Below, piece by piece: positions 30,535 to 39,909 of a stretch of DNA of 64,000 bases. The position numbers and the translations under genes were made by a program. The DNA is from an uncultured Acidimicrobiia bacterium. Its GTDB lineage: Bacteria; Actinomycetota; Acidimicrobiia; Spongiisociales; JAENVV01. The DNA lies in contig CAVOQP010000006.1 in NCBI GenBank assembly GCA_963698385.1, positions 17,097 through 81,096 on the forward strand, read 5' to 3'. Under the pieces are notes generated by a model, which was not told where the DNA came from, ran no database searches, and was given only the letters and a program-made list of their open reading frames with translations. Every line of letters begins with the position of its first letter. Within the stretch, counting starts at the first letter, position 1.

Positions 30535-30936
30535 GTGAGTGCCGTGACTGATCTCAATGTGTTGGGGACCGCCCTGGAGCCCTGCAGTGACGATCCGATG
30601 ACCGGCTTCTACCGGGACGGGTCATGCACGTCAGGAGCCGAAGACCGCGGGAGCCACACCGTGTGCGCGGTGGTAACCCGGGAGTTCTTGGACCATCAAC
30701 GCAGCATTGGGAATGACCTCAGCACCCCCATTCCACAGTTCCGATTCCCCGGGTTGGTTCCCGGTGATCGCTGGTGTGTCACGGCGGTCAATTGGCTGCG
30801 GGCGCATCGCGATGGCGTGGCCGCCCCGGTGGTGCTCGCCTCCACTCATCAGCGGGCCCTCGAGATCGTCCCCCTGCATGCGTTGGAAGAGCACGCCGCG
30901 GATGTGCCCGCCGATCCGCGGGCGCTCGAAGACTGA
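30535..30936 (+). CDS. DUF2237 family protein
   Basis: NVLG..LEPCS.DPMTGFYRDG.C, GNDLSTP, PGDRWC, APVVLASTH. Confidence 0.9.
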   Translation: MSAVTDLNVLGTALEPCSDDPMTGFYRDGSCTSGAEDRGSHTVCAVVTREFLDHQRSIGNDLSTPIPQFRFPGLVPGDRWCVTAVNWLRAHRDGVAAPVVLASTHQRALEIVPLHALEEHAADVPADPRALED

Positions 30937-31183
30937 GGTCGGCCCTCACCACCGAGACGACATATCAACGGGGTTTTGCGGCGGGATTCAGGGGCTACGT
31001 GGCCGCTTCGCCGACGAGTCTGGTCGGCGGTGACCACCCTTGTCCGGGAATAGGTGGGTCGCCCTTCATGCATGAGCCCGGTTCCGCCGGCCACCGCACC
31101 GACGCCCAGGCACGCCCTGGCCGCGGCTCTCATCATCGTTACCCAAAGCGCGTTCAAGATCAGGACATTCAACCACGGCTTGC

Positions 31184-31240
31184 ATTGACGATTGTCGATA
31201 TAGGCAGTAGTGTTCATGTATCGACTTCTGTCGATACATG
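31184..31240 (+). promoter_or_regulatory. Sigma-A type promoter of arsM with two ArsR-type operator palindromes
   Basis: TTGACG (31185-31190)-n17-TAGTGT (31208-31213); ATTGAC-n4-GTCGAT at 31184-31199; perfect CATGTATCGAC-ttct-GTCGATACATG at 31215-31240. Confidence 0.75.
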
Positions 31241-31272
31241 CCGCACAGAAGCAGACCCCGAGAGGAAGCCAG

Positions 31273-32010
31273 ATGGCCGATACCACGCCCACCATCGACG
31301 ACGTCAGGGACCGCTACGCGGCATCAGCCATCGCCGTCGCCGGCGGGTGCTGTGGGTCGGCGACCACCGAGGACGAGACGGAGACGTTCGGTGCGCAGCT
31401 CTACGGCAGCGAAGACATCGGTGGTCTGCCCGGCCGAGCGGTCGAGGCGAGCCTCGGGTGTGGCAACCCGACCGCGGTAGCCGACCTACGAGAGGGCGAG
31501 AAGGTGTTGGACCTCGGCTCCGGTGGCGGGATCGACGTCCTGTTGTCGGCCCGCCGGGTCGGCCCCACCGGCTTCGCCTACGGACTCGACATGACCGACG
31601 AAATGCTCACACTCGCCCGCCAGAACCGAGCAGAGGCCGGTGTGACGAATGTCGAGTTCCTGAAGGGTCTCATCGAGGAGATCCCACTCGACGACGACAC
31701 CGTGGACGTGGTGATCTCCAATTGCGTCATCAACCTCTCGCTCGACAAACCGAAGGTGCTCTCCGAGATCGCCCGGGTCCTGCGACCCGGGGGACGGATC
31801 GGGATCTCCGACGTGGTCGCCGACGACCATCTCACCGCCGCCGAACGCCGGGAGCGCGGCAGTTGGGTCGGGTGCATCGCCGGTGCCCTGTCCTTCGAGG
31901 AGTACCGCGGCGGGTTGGCGAGCGTGGGTTTCGCGGACATCGAAGTGACGCCGACCCACCAGGTTGCCGACGGCATGCACTCGGCAATCATCCGGGCCGT
32001 CAAGGCGTAG
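31273..32010 (+). CDS. arsM: Arsenite methyltransferase
   Basis: [36 protein letters not shown]. Confidence 0.92.
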   Translation: MADTTPTIDDVRDRYAASAIAVAGGCCGSATTEDETETFGAQLYGSEDIGGLPGRAVEASLGCGNPTAVADLREGEKVLDLGSGGGIDVLLSARRVGPTGFAYGLDMTDEMLTLARQNRAEAGVTNVEFLKGLIEEIPLDDDTVDVVISNCVINLSLDKPKVLSEIARVLRPGGRIGISDVVADDHLTAAERRERGSWVGCIAGALSFEEYRGGLASVGFADIEVTPTHQVADGMHSAIIRAVKA

Positions 32011-32159
32011 CGTCCGGACGGCGGAGCAAGGCAGGCGGCCCTCGGGAGCTCCGTCGCCTGGGCGCGCACGAATGGCCACCCCGATCGCCGCGAACCTCAT
32101 CGTGTCACCCGACTCGGCCTGCCGCTCGTCTGTCTGGTTGAACCCGAGAGGCGAAGTAC

Positions 32160-33596
32160 GTGGCAGGAATCATGCGGCGCTCGACGAGCGTCATCAGGTG
32201 GGGCGTGGTAGCGCTCATCGTCGGTGCCTTGGCCTGGACGGGAATCCGGCTCGGTAACGAACCTGCCGGCCCGATCCCGGTGATTGCCGACTACAGCCCC
32301 ACGGTGAGCGACGTGGGAGGGCTCATGTACCTCCTCCTCAACCCCGAGGTCGAGGTGATCGCCGTCTCGCTCTCGTCCACCGGCGAGGCCGGATGCGAAC
32401 TCGGCTTCGAGGTGACCCTGGGCATCCTCGCCCTCCTCGACCGAGAGCACGTCCCGGTCGCCTGTGACCCGGAGGTTCCAGTGGGTGCCCGGGCGTGGCC
32501 GACGGAGTTCCTCTCGGCCCACGAGAACCTCCGGTTCGGGCTCCCCGACCCAACCGCGGCCCCCTCGACCTTGAGCGCCCCGGACCTCATCGCGCAAGCG
32601 GCGGCCGCTTCGAACCGCCCGGTCGTGATCTGGGCGGTAGGGCCCTTGACCAATGTCGCCCGGGCCCTGCAGCGCCACCCGGACCTGGCCGACGACATCG
32701 ACCGCATTGTGATCATGGGTGGGGCGGTCGACGTCGACGGCAACGTCGAAGGGACGAAGGCCGAGTGGAACCTCTGGATCGACGTGGCCGCCGCCGCGGA
32801 TGTGGTCGATTCCGGTATCCCGGTGGTGCTTGTCCCGCTCGACGCCACCAACGATGTGCCGGTGCCGACCTGGTACCGAACCATCCTCGAAGGGTCGGAA
32901 CAGAGTCCTGCGATCATCCACCTGACCCGGATGGTGAGGATCTTCCCCTCGGTCACGAGCGGCTTCTACCACCTGTGGGACGAGCTCGCCGCCGTGGTGG
33001 TGGTCGAACCCGATCTCGTCGTCCTGGAGGAGATGGCGATCGAGGTCGTCGAAGGTGGACCCGACGACGGCCGCACGATCCGCCGAACCGATGGTGCCGC
33101 CATCCACGTCGCCACCGGCGTCCCGGAACCCAACGCGTTCTATTCGGAGTTCCTCGGCACCCTCGCCGGGGCGCCGGTGCCACTTCGGTCCGCCACACAG
33201 GAGGAAGCGGAGTATCTCGAAAGCGTGAAGGAGCTCTTTGCGGCGGCGGCCGTCGAGGCTGAGCCCGTCTACGAGACCATGTTCGCCGGTGAAGAGTTCG
33301 ACGGGCCCCTTGTCGCCGAGGGACTCGGCATCGTGTTCGAGATCATGGGTGATGCCCGGGCGGAGATGATGCTCTTCGATCCGCCCGAGTCGCTTCGCGA
33401 GGTCGCCGATGTGTACCTCGAAGGTCTCGGATCGATCGTGGAGTCCCGCGACGCGGTGCTCGAGGCGGTGGCTGGGTCGGGTTCCTGGGATGAGGCCTTC
33501 GCAGTCTTCGACGGATTGGCGCTGGTCGGGTCATGCGAGGCGTTGATCGAGCAGGCGGCGCTGCTCGGCACCCGTCTCGACGACCTCCCCTGCTGA
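32160..33596 (+). CDS. Exported or membrane-anchored nucleoside hydrolase-like protein with extra C-terminal helical domain
   Basis: GPLTNVA, IMGGAV..GN, AEWN..D..AA, VPLDAT, WDELAA; N-terminal TM; start could be 32172. Confidence 0.78.
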   Translation: MAGIMRRSTSVIRWGVVALIVGALAWTGIRLGNEPAGPIPVIADYSPTVSDVGGLMYLLLNPEVEVIAVSLSSTGEAGCELGFEVTLGILALLDREHVPVACDPEVPVGARAWPTEFLSAHENLRFGLPDPTAAPSTLSAPDLIAQAAAASNRPVVIWAVGPLTNVARALQRHPDLADDIDRIVIMGGAVDVDGNVEGTKAEWNLWIDVAAAADVVDSGIPVVLVPLDATNDVPVPTWYRTILEGSEQSPAIIHLTRMVRIFPSVTSGFYHLWDELAAVVVVEPDLVVLEEMAIEVVEGGPDDGRTIRRTDGAAIHVATGVPEPNAFYSEFLGTLAGAPVPLRSATQEEAEYLESVKELFAAAAVEAEPVYETMFAGEEFDGPLVAEGLGIVFEIMGDARAEMMLFDPPESLREVADVYLEGLGSIVESRDAVLEAVAGSGSWDEAFAVFDGLALVGSCEALIEQAALLGTRLDDLPC

Positions 33597-33690
33597 GAAT
33601 CGCCGGTTCGGGCTCCGCGCTCGGCCTCGGACGGTTATTCTCGCTCAGGCCCCGGCACGTCTGTCGGGATCGACCAGGAGGATGCCAGGG

Positions 33691-34508
33691 ATGAGCAAGA
33701 GCCGGGCGGGTGTTCGGGTCGCCGTCGTCGGCGGGGTGCTTGCCGTGCTGCTCGGGATCCTGACGATCGCCACCGCCTCATCCTCCCCCGGGGTATGGAT
33801 CGACGCACCTCTCGACGGGTCCGTGGTACCCCTGGGTCCGGTCGCCGTCGTCGGCCACGTCACCGACCCCGGAGGCGTCCAGTCTGCTCGGCTCGAGGTG
33901 GACGGGGTTGAGGTGGAGCAGATCAGCGTGACCGATACGCCGGGCCAACTCACGACCATCACGACGAGCTGGGAGGCGACCACGCCCGGGCAGCACGTCC
34001 TCACCCTATGGGCCGGTCGGGGCGACGGCTCATGGGCCGGCCCGGCGGTGGCAACGGTGTTCGTGGAGGAGGCCGCGTCTACTTCTACTTCTACTTCTAC
34101 TTCTACCTCTACTTCTACTTCTACTTCCACCTCGACGTCACGTCAACGTCAACCTCAACGACCTCTACCACGACGACGGTCCCCCCGACGACGGTCCCTC
34201 CGACGACGGTCCCGTGTGAGTTCGGCCTTCCCACCAACCTCAGTCCCGGCTTCCCCTACACCGTGGGGACATCCACCCCGACGCTCTCCTGGAGCTACTC
34301 GGGCTGCAAGCCAGCCCTCCAATTCGACGTAGTAATCGCGTGGGGACTCGGCGTGGTTGTCGGGGAGGCGACCGTGAACGGCAACAGCTGGACATCCCCA
34401 CCCATCGCCTGCGGCGTACCGCACTCCTGGCTGGTGCGGGCTCGCAATGGCGGCGCGGTCGGTGAATGGGCCAGCGCGCCGGTGACGTACGATCCGGGGG
34501 GGTGCTGA
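33691..34508 (+). pseudogene. Secreted Ig-like domain + Ser/Thr linker + FN3-like domain protein, split by a 1-nt deletion at 34140/34141
   Basis: ORF 33682-34332 runs to STSTST then turns to nonsense; ORF 34008-34508 continues TSTSTSTT..VPPTT..W..RA; acgtca-cgtca-acgtca lacks one A; may be a sequencing error. Confidence 0.75.
34078..34160 (+). repeat. Hexamer tandem (TCTACT)n grading into TCCACC/TCGACG/TCAACG, encoding a Ser-Thr linker
   Basis: TCTACTx4, TCTACC, TCTACTx3, then variant units. Confidence 0.9.
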
Positions 34509-37417
34509 TGGGGCGCTTCACTCGATTGCTCGCCGTGCTCGTCGCCTTCTTGGTGTTGACGGTCAGCTGCACCAAGACCGAGGAGGCGGTGGCCCCCGTC
34601 ACGACGGTGCCCGGCACCAGGGGGCCGGTGCTGCTCGATACACCGGCCGCTGCACCTCCGGAGCCACCCTCCATCATCCCGTTGCTGCGAACGATCAATG
34701 GTGAGGACGTCTCTTTCGGGGGCGTGGTGATCCTCACGAGCCAGGTGATGGCGGCGAATCCGATCGCACGCCTCGAGCTGTGGGTCGACACCGAGATGGT
34801 CGACAGCCATGACTTCGCGACACCCGTCGTCGACCCGATATTCCCCTGGGAGTGGACCGCCGACTCGGTCGGGTTGCACGCAGTCACTGTGCGCGCCTTT
34901 GACGTGGAGGGGAAGGCCGTCGGCTCCTTCCCCTCGTGGAGCCGGGTCAGCCCGGGCTGGGATGTCACCAACGGGAAGCTGATGGAAGGGCTCCCCGTCT
35001 CCCCACTCGAATCGACGCCTGACGGCGTCTCACTCGACCTCGCGTCGTGTGAGGCGACGGTGCTGGTGGCGGCGGCCCCGGGAAGCCTCGGACAGGCAAT
35101 CACGGGGACCACCCTGGGGGTGGGCGGCTACCAGGCGATCGCAGTGGTGGGCGAAGCCGGGGGGTCGATCACCGTGCCGATGGCCGCGTCCCCCGTGATT
35201 CTCTCGGTCGAACCCTACGACGACATCCTCGCCATCCCGGTCAGCCCGATTTCGATCCCGGGCGCCCCCGAGTGCGCGAGCGGCGCGTGGGCGGGTGACC
35301 TCGCGTTCAATGGGGCGACGCTGGTCGGTGCCGACCAGGTCGACGATGTGTATCTCTATGTGACCGACGACGGCTCGACGTGGCGGCGCCTCCCCGAGAC
35401 GGGGTTCGTCGGTCGTGGGTCGAACGGGTTCAGCTTCGCGGGCCTGCTGCCCCCGGTGCCGGCTGGCGGATTCCTCGAGGTGGAAGCGTGGGGTTGGGGA
35501 GGAGGCCAACTCAAGGGCCTCGGTCGGGCACGCTATGCCGCCAAGCCCCCGTCCTCGAACGAGAAGGACTGGGGATCAGCCAAGCCGGTGCAGCCGTTCA
35601 GCAGCCTCAACATCGTGAGGACTTTCGTTGAGGTGGTGGATTCCCACAACGAGGTTGAGTACCTGCTCCTCCAGGACGTCGTCTGCGTCGAGGGGGCCTT
35701 CAATCCCCAGGTGTGCGGCCCCTCCCCACAGATCCTGCGATGGAATGCGAACATCCTGGGAGCCGAGGCGGGCCTCGTCCAGGTATCGACCTCACCCCCC
35801 CCGCCCGGCCAATCGCTCTCGTTCCCCGGGCTGGTGTGGTCGACGATGCTGGCGACCGACGGCGCCCCCATCAGGGACTTCCCGATCAACATCGCCGCGA
35901 TCCGCGAGGGTAATGGGCCTGGGCAGGCGGAACTGGACCTTGGGCAGGCCCAGTTCGCCGAGGGGAACTTCTTCCAGATGGCGGACCTCAACGCGATGGG
36001 CAGCGAGCTGTCGATCGTCGCTGAGCCGGCGGCACCCGGCGTCGCCCCGCGCACGAGTGCCGCGTGGGTGGGCACCGGGCGGAGCTGGGTGGAGCCGAAT
36101 CGATTCTGGGTGCGGGTCATCCCCTTCACCAACGGGGTGCCGATCGCGGGCATCAGCAATGCCGTTCTCTTCGAGACCGACGCGACGAATGTGCCCATCG
36201 AGCATGACGAGTCCACCAAGGCCGCGATCACCAAGGCTGCGTTCGATGCCCTCTACGACGTCGAAGTCGAGTTCAGTCACCCCCAATTCGCCAACTCTGA
36301 CTTCTCCCACTGCGTGCGGGTCATCTCGAACCCATTCGGGAACCGGAACCCACTCCCGACCCTGTTCGCCAAATTCGCCGACTCCAAGGATCCCCTCCAG
36401 TTCAATTACGACGGGTTCCGCGACTCGGCCACGGTCTACTCCCCTTCGGGGAACCAGAAGCTGGGGTTGGTGCCGGGGGCAACGGTCTGCGCCTACAAGC
36501 CCAAGCCGCCCTCCAAGGACCTGTTCGACTACGTGGCGGAGGGTCTCAGCTTCATCGGCCAAGCCTGGGACACCTTCAAGGACCTGATCGACATGGTGAA
36601 GAGCGGGATCATCAAGGGCATCGTCGACATCACCGGATGCACCCCCGAGAAGACTTGTATCGCCGCCCTGTCCGTGTTGGCCGATGTTGGGCTGGCTTCG
36701 ATCGGGGTTCCACCCAGCCTGCCGAGTTTCCGCGAACTCGCCGACGCCGCCAAGGGGGACATCGCGGCCGCGTTGGCCAAGAAGTTGGTGGGCGAAGCGT
36801 GTGGTGCGATCCCGTGTGAACAGTTTGCCGAGCAATTCATCGCGGATGCCCTCGATGACATCGAGGCGCACTTCTCCACGCTGGCGACTACCCAAGCCCA
36901 ATCCGGCGGATGGGTGCTGCTCCTCAATCCCGAGATTCGGGTGATCCCAGAACCTGCCGGCCAGTTGTTCCCCGGCTCGGTCAGTGTACGAGTCACTCGT
37001 AAGCCCACCGGGGTGCCGGGGCCGGACACGCCCACGTTCTGCGCGGCCACCCTGTGGACGGACGGGTCTGGAAAGCTGAGCTGGCGGGACAAGTACGGGG
37101 ACCAGCACACGGACGAGGTCGTGACGGGCGCGGTGTTCGCCTCGGCATCCGGTGGTGCCAACCTCTCCGACCTGGGGCCGGGTGAGTCGCTGACCTTCGG
37201 TGTGGCCGGCATCGACTTCGACCGACACCTCTACCTGAAGTTCACGGGGCCGTCGTACGCCGGGTACATCTCCCAGGAGAAACTCCAGGCACAGGAACTC
37301 TGGAAGGATCCCGATACTGTGCTCGTGATGACCGCTTCGACGTGCGGGGGTACCTTCACCGAGACAGTCATGGTGAACCGGAAGGGATCGTCACCGGCGG
37401 ACATCCCGTCGTCGTGA
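34508..37417 (+). CDS. Large (about 969 aa) Cys-rich lipoprotein with N-terminal bacterial Ig-like domain; function unknown
   Basis: MGRFTR...LTVSC lipobox; LELWVD...W....GLHAVTVRAFD.EG Ig pattern; TGATG coupling to the upstream gene. Confidence 0.8.
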   Translation: MGRFTRLLAVLVAFLVLTVSCTKTEEAVAPVTTVPGTRGPVLLDTPAAAPPEPPSIIPLLRTINGEDVSFGGVVILTSQVMAANPIARLELWVDTEMVDSHDFATPVVDPIFPWEWTADSVGLHAVTVRAFDVEGKAVGSFPSWSRVSPGWDVTNGKLMEGLPVSPLESTPDGVSLDLASCEATVLVAAAPGSLGQAITGTTLGVGGYQAIAVVGEAGGSITVPMAASPVILSVEPYDDILAIPVSPISIPGAPECASGAWAGDLAFNGATLVGADQVDDVYLYVTDDGSTWRRLPETGFVGRGSNGFSFAGLLPPVPAGGFLEVEAWGWGGGQLKGLGRARYAAKPPSSNEKDWGSAKPVQPFSSLNIVRTFVEVVDSHNEVEYLLLQDVVCVEGAFNPQVCGPSPQILRWNANILGAEAGLVQVSTSPPPPGQSLSFPGLVWSTMLATDGAPIRDFPINIAAIREGNGPGQAELDLGQAQFAEGNFFQMADLNAMGSELSIVAEPAAPGVAPRTSAAWVGTGRSWVEPNRFWVRVIPFTNGVPIAGISNAVLFETDATNVPIEHDESTKAAITKAAFDALYDVEVEFSHPQFANSDFSHCVRVISNPFGNRNPLPTLFAKFADSKDPLQFNYDGFRDSATVYSPSGNQKLGLVPGATVCAYKPKPPSKDLFDYVAEGLSFIGQAWDTFKDLIDMVKSGIIKGIVDITGCTPEKTCIAALSVLADVGLASIGVPPSLPSFRELADAAKGDIAAALAKKLVGEACGAIPCEQFAEQFIADALDDIEAHFSTLATTQAQSGGWVLLLNPEIRVIPEPAGQLFPGSVSVRVTRKPTGVPGPDTPTFCAATLWTDGSGKLSWRDKYGDQHTDEVVTGAVFASASGGANLSDLGPGESLTFGVAGIDFDRHLYLKFTGPSYAGYISQEKLQAQELWKDPDTVLVMTASTCGGTFTETVMVNRKGSSPADIPSS

Positions 37418-37428
37418 GGAGACCAACG

Positions 37429-38016
37429 ATGAAGCGCTCCGGCCTGATGATCCTGACGGTCGCCCTGCTCGCCGCCTCCTGTTCGGGCACCGACAGCGCC
37501 GACCCAACCGTGACACCGACCGAAGCCGCGGCGCCGGGTGCCACCGACGCCCCCGCAGCCACCGAAGCCCCGGCCACCACCCCCGTCGCGACCGACGCTC
37601 CCGAGGAGTCCCGCGGCGAACTGGCTCCGCCCTGCTCCTACATCGATTCCGACGAGATGGCGGCCGTGACCGGGACCGAGATGGTGGCCGAGGAGTCGTA
37701 CGGGTCGGACTGCTTCTATGAGGCAACCGCAGGGATGACTGCCGGACCGGACGTGCACATCGGCCTCTACCTGCTCCCAGCCGGCGAATGCCCTGAAGTC
37801 CTGCAGACCGAACCGTTGTTCGATGATGAGTCGGTGGAGCCCGTCCAACGCGGGGATGCGGCGGTGCTCATCGTGGGCACCTACTCGACAGAATTCGAGA
37901 TTTGCCATGGCGGGCTGTACCTCGACGTGGCCGTCCTCGGGGACGAGAGCACGAGCGCCGAGACGCGGATGGCAGTCGCCGAGGCGGTCGTCGACCTGCT
38001 GCTCGACCGGGTCTGA
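37429..38016 (+). CDS. Lipoprotein, DUF3558-like
   Basis: LLAASC lipobox, Ala/Pro/Thr linker, PC...E....G...C.Y pattern; GAGGAG RBS. Confidence 0.7.
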   Translation: MKRSGLMILTVALLAASCSGTDSADPTVTPTEAAAPGATDAPAATEAPATTPVATDAPEESRGELAPPCSYIDSDEMAAVTGTEMVAEESYGSDCFYEATAGMTAGPDVHIGLYLLPAGECPEVLQTEPLFDDESVEPVQRGDAAVLIVGTYSTEFEICHGGLYLDVAVLGDESTSAETRMAVAEAVVDLLLDRV

Positions 38017-38041
38017 CCGCCATCACTTCGCTGCCACACCA

Positions 38042-39817
38042 CTAGGGCAGCACGGCCGGATCGACCTCCACCTCTGTGGCCAGCAGGTACTGGGCGTAGG
38101 TCTTGCCCTGCGCATCGGCGAGGAGCGACATCGTGCCGCCACCTCCCAGGCTCTCGTGGAGCAGGAAGTTGAGGCTGAGCAGGTTGGGTAGCTCGAATCG
38201 CTCCACGCTGCCGTGTGCCACGCCGGCGAACCGGTCCTTGACGAAGGCGTCGGTGACGTTCTCGACCAACCAGTGGTAGATCGCCGGGGAGCGGGCGATG
38301 AGCCCGACGTTCGAGGTGTCGCCCTTGTCGCCGGAGCGTCCGAGGGCGAGGCGGGCGAGTGGGACCCGAACCGTGTCGCCGCTGGGGGCCGTCGAAGCGT
38401 CGATGGCGGGCTGGGCGATCACGGATGGAACAGCATCAGGCACCGGCGGCACTTCGACCGCGACGACATCGTCGCCAACCCGGACGCGGACGTGGACGGC
38501 GTCCCGGCCGAGGAGGGCAGGCCAGTAGCCCACGACGTCGGAGGCGCGGGGGCGGCCCTGGTCGGCGAGGATCGTGATACCCGGGATCGTCCCCAGGACC
38601 TTCGGCACCACCTGCTGGCCGAACAGCTCGTCGATCTTGGCGCGGTCGTTGTCGCGTACCGCCAGCTGCAGGAGCAGTTCGCCGGGCTCGGCACCGGTGA
38701 GTGGGGGATGGGTGCCGTCCCATCCGATGAGCTGGGAGTGGGCATCCTCGAAGTTGTCGCGTCCCCCGACCGAGGCCCAGAAGACCTCTTCCAACTTGCG
38801 GGCCTTGGCCAGCGCGTCGGGCCCGGAGACGAGCAGGCGCCCGAATGCCCGGTAGCCGTTCTGGTAGCTGACCGAGACCTTGAGGGTCGGGGGAGGCGGA
38901 CTCCCCTTCACCCCGTCCACCCGGACCCGGTTCTCCCCGTCGTCGGTGAGACGGATCGAGTCGAAGTGGGCGATGCAGTCGGGCGAGAGGTAGGCAGGGC
39001 TTCCCATCTCGTAGAGGAGTTGCTCACCCACGGTGTGGACCGAGACGAGGCCCCCGGTACCCGGGTGTTTGGTCACGACGAACGTGCCGTCGCTCTCAAC
39101 CTCCAGTAGCGGGTAGCCCATGTTCTCGTGGGAGGGAACGAGATGCCAATCGGTGAAGTTGCCTCCGCAGGCCTGGAGGCCGCACTCGATGATGTGCCCG
39201 CCGACGATGCCTGCTGCGATGCGGTCCCAGTCGTCGCTCGCCCACCCGAACTCGTGGATCATCGGGGCCAGCGTGACCCCGGTGTCGGTCACCCGACCGC
39301 AGATGACGACGTTGGCACCCATCTCGAGGGCCGTCACGATCGGAGCGGCGCCCAGGTAGGCGTTGGCGCTGAGTACCCGGTCGCGGATCGAGGTGAGCGG
39401 CTCGCCGGTCTCCATGTTGGCGAGAGGTTCCCGCTGCAGGACGTCGTCGAGGTCGGGAAAGATGTCATCTCCGGTGACGACCCCCACCCTCACCATGTCG
39501 GCGATGCCGAGCTCGGCGGCGAGTGCTTCCACTGCGATCCGGCAGCCGTCGGGGTTCACGCCGCCCGCGTTGGAGATGATGGTGATGTCGTTCTCGACGC
39601 ACTCGACGAGGACGTCCCTGAGTTGGGTGAGGAAGTCGCCGGCATAGCCGAGCTCCGGTCGGCGGGCCATCTGCTTGTGCAGGATCGCCATCGTCACCTC
39701 GGCCAGGTAGTCCATGACGAGGTAGTCGATGGGGCCTCCCCGTACTTGGCGGGCGGCCGCCGTGGGGTCATCACCCCAGAATCCGCCGCAGTTGGCAATG
39801 ACGATGGTGTCGCGCAT
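38042..39817 (-). CDS. Acyclic terpene utilisation AtuA family (DUF1446) protein
   Basis: GFWGD, DYLAEVTM, NAYLG, GRVTD, GHIIECG, EQLLYE, RSGDKGD, DAQGK. Confidence 0.9.
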   Translation of the reverse strand: MRDTIVIANCGGFWGDDPTAAARQVRGGPIDYLVMDYLAEVTMAILHKQMARRPELGYAGDFLTQLRDVLVECVENDITIISNAGGVNPDGCRIAVEALAAELGIADMVRVGVVTGDDIFPDLDDVLQREPLANMETGEPLTSIRDRVLSANAYLGAAPIVTALEMGANVVICGRVTDTGVTLAPMIHEFGWASDDWDRIAAGIVGGHIIECGLQACGGNFTDWHLVPSHENMGYPLLEVESDGTFVVTKHPGTGGLVSVHTVGEQLLYEMGSPAYLSPDCIAHFDSIRLTDDGENRVRVDGVKGSPPPPTLKVSVSYQNGYRAFGRLLVSGPDALAKARKLEEVFWASVGGRDNFEDAHSQLIGWDGTHPPLTGAEPGELLLQLAVRDNDRAKIDELFGQQVVPKVLGTIPGITILADQGRPRASDVVGYWPALLGRDAVHVRVRVGDDVVAVEVPPVPDAVPSVIAQPAIDASTAPSGDTVRVPLARLALGRSGDKGDTSNVGLIARSPAIYHWLVENVTDAFVKDRFAGVAHGSVERFELPNLLSLNFLLHESLGGGGTMSLLADAQGKTYAQYLLATEVEVDPAVLP

Positions 39818-39909
39818 GTGTGGTCCTCGTTCCGCTGCGAGCGAATCTACTTGTCGCTGACGAGGAGCCAACGACGAGCCGCGGCCGGGTCACCGGGTAC
39901 CCTCCCACG

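Noticed and set aside
34078..34131. Classic on/off phase variation by TCTACT slippage
   Set aside because: A 6-nt unit preserves the reading frame; the frameshift is a separate single-base loss.
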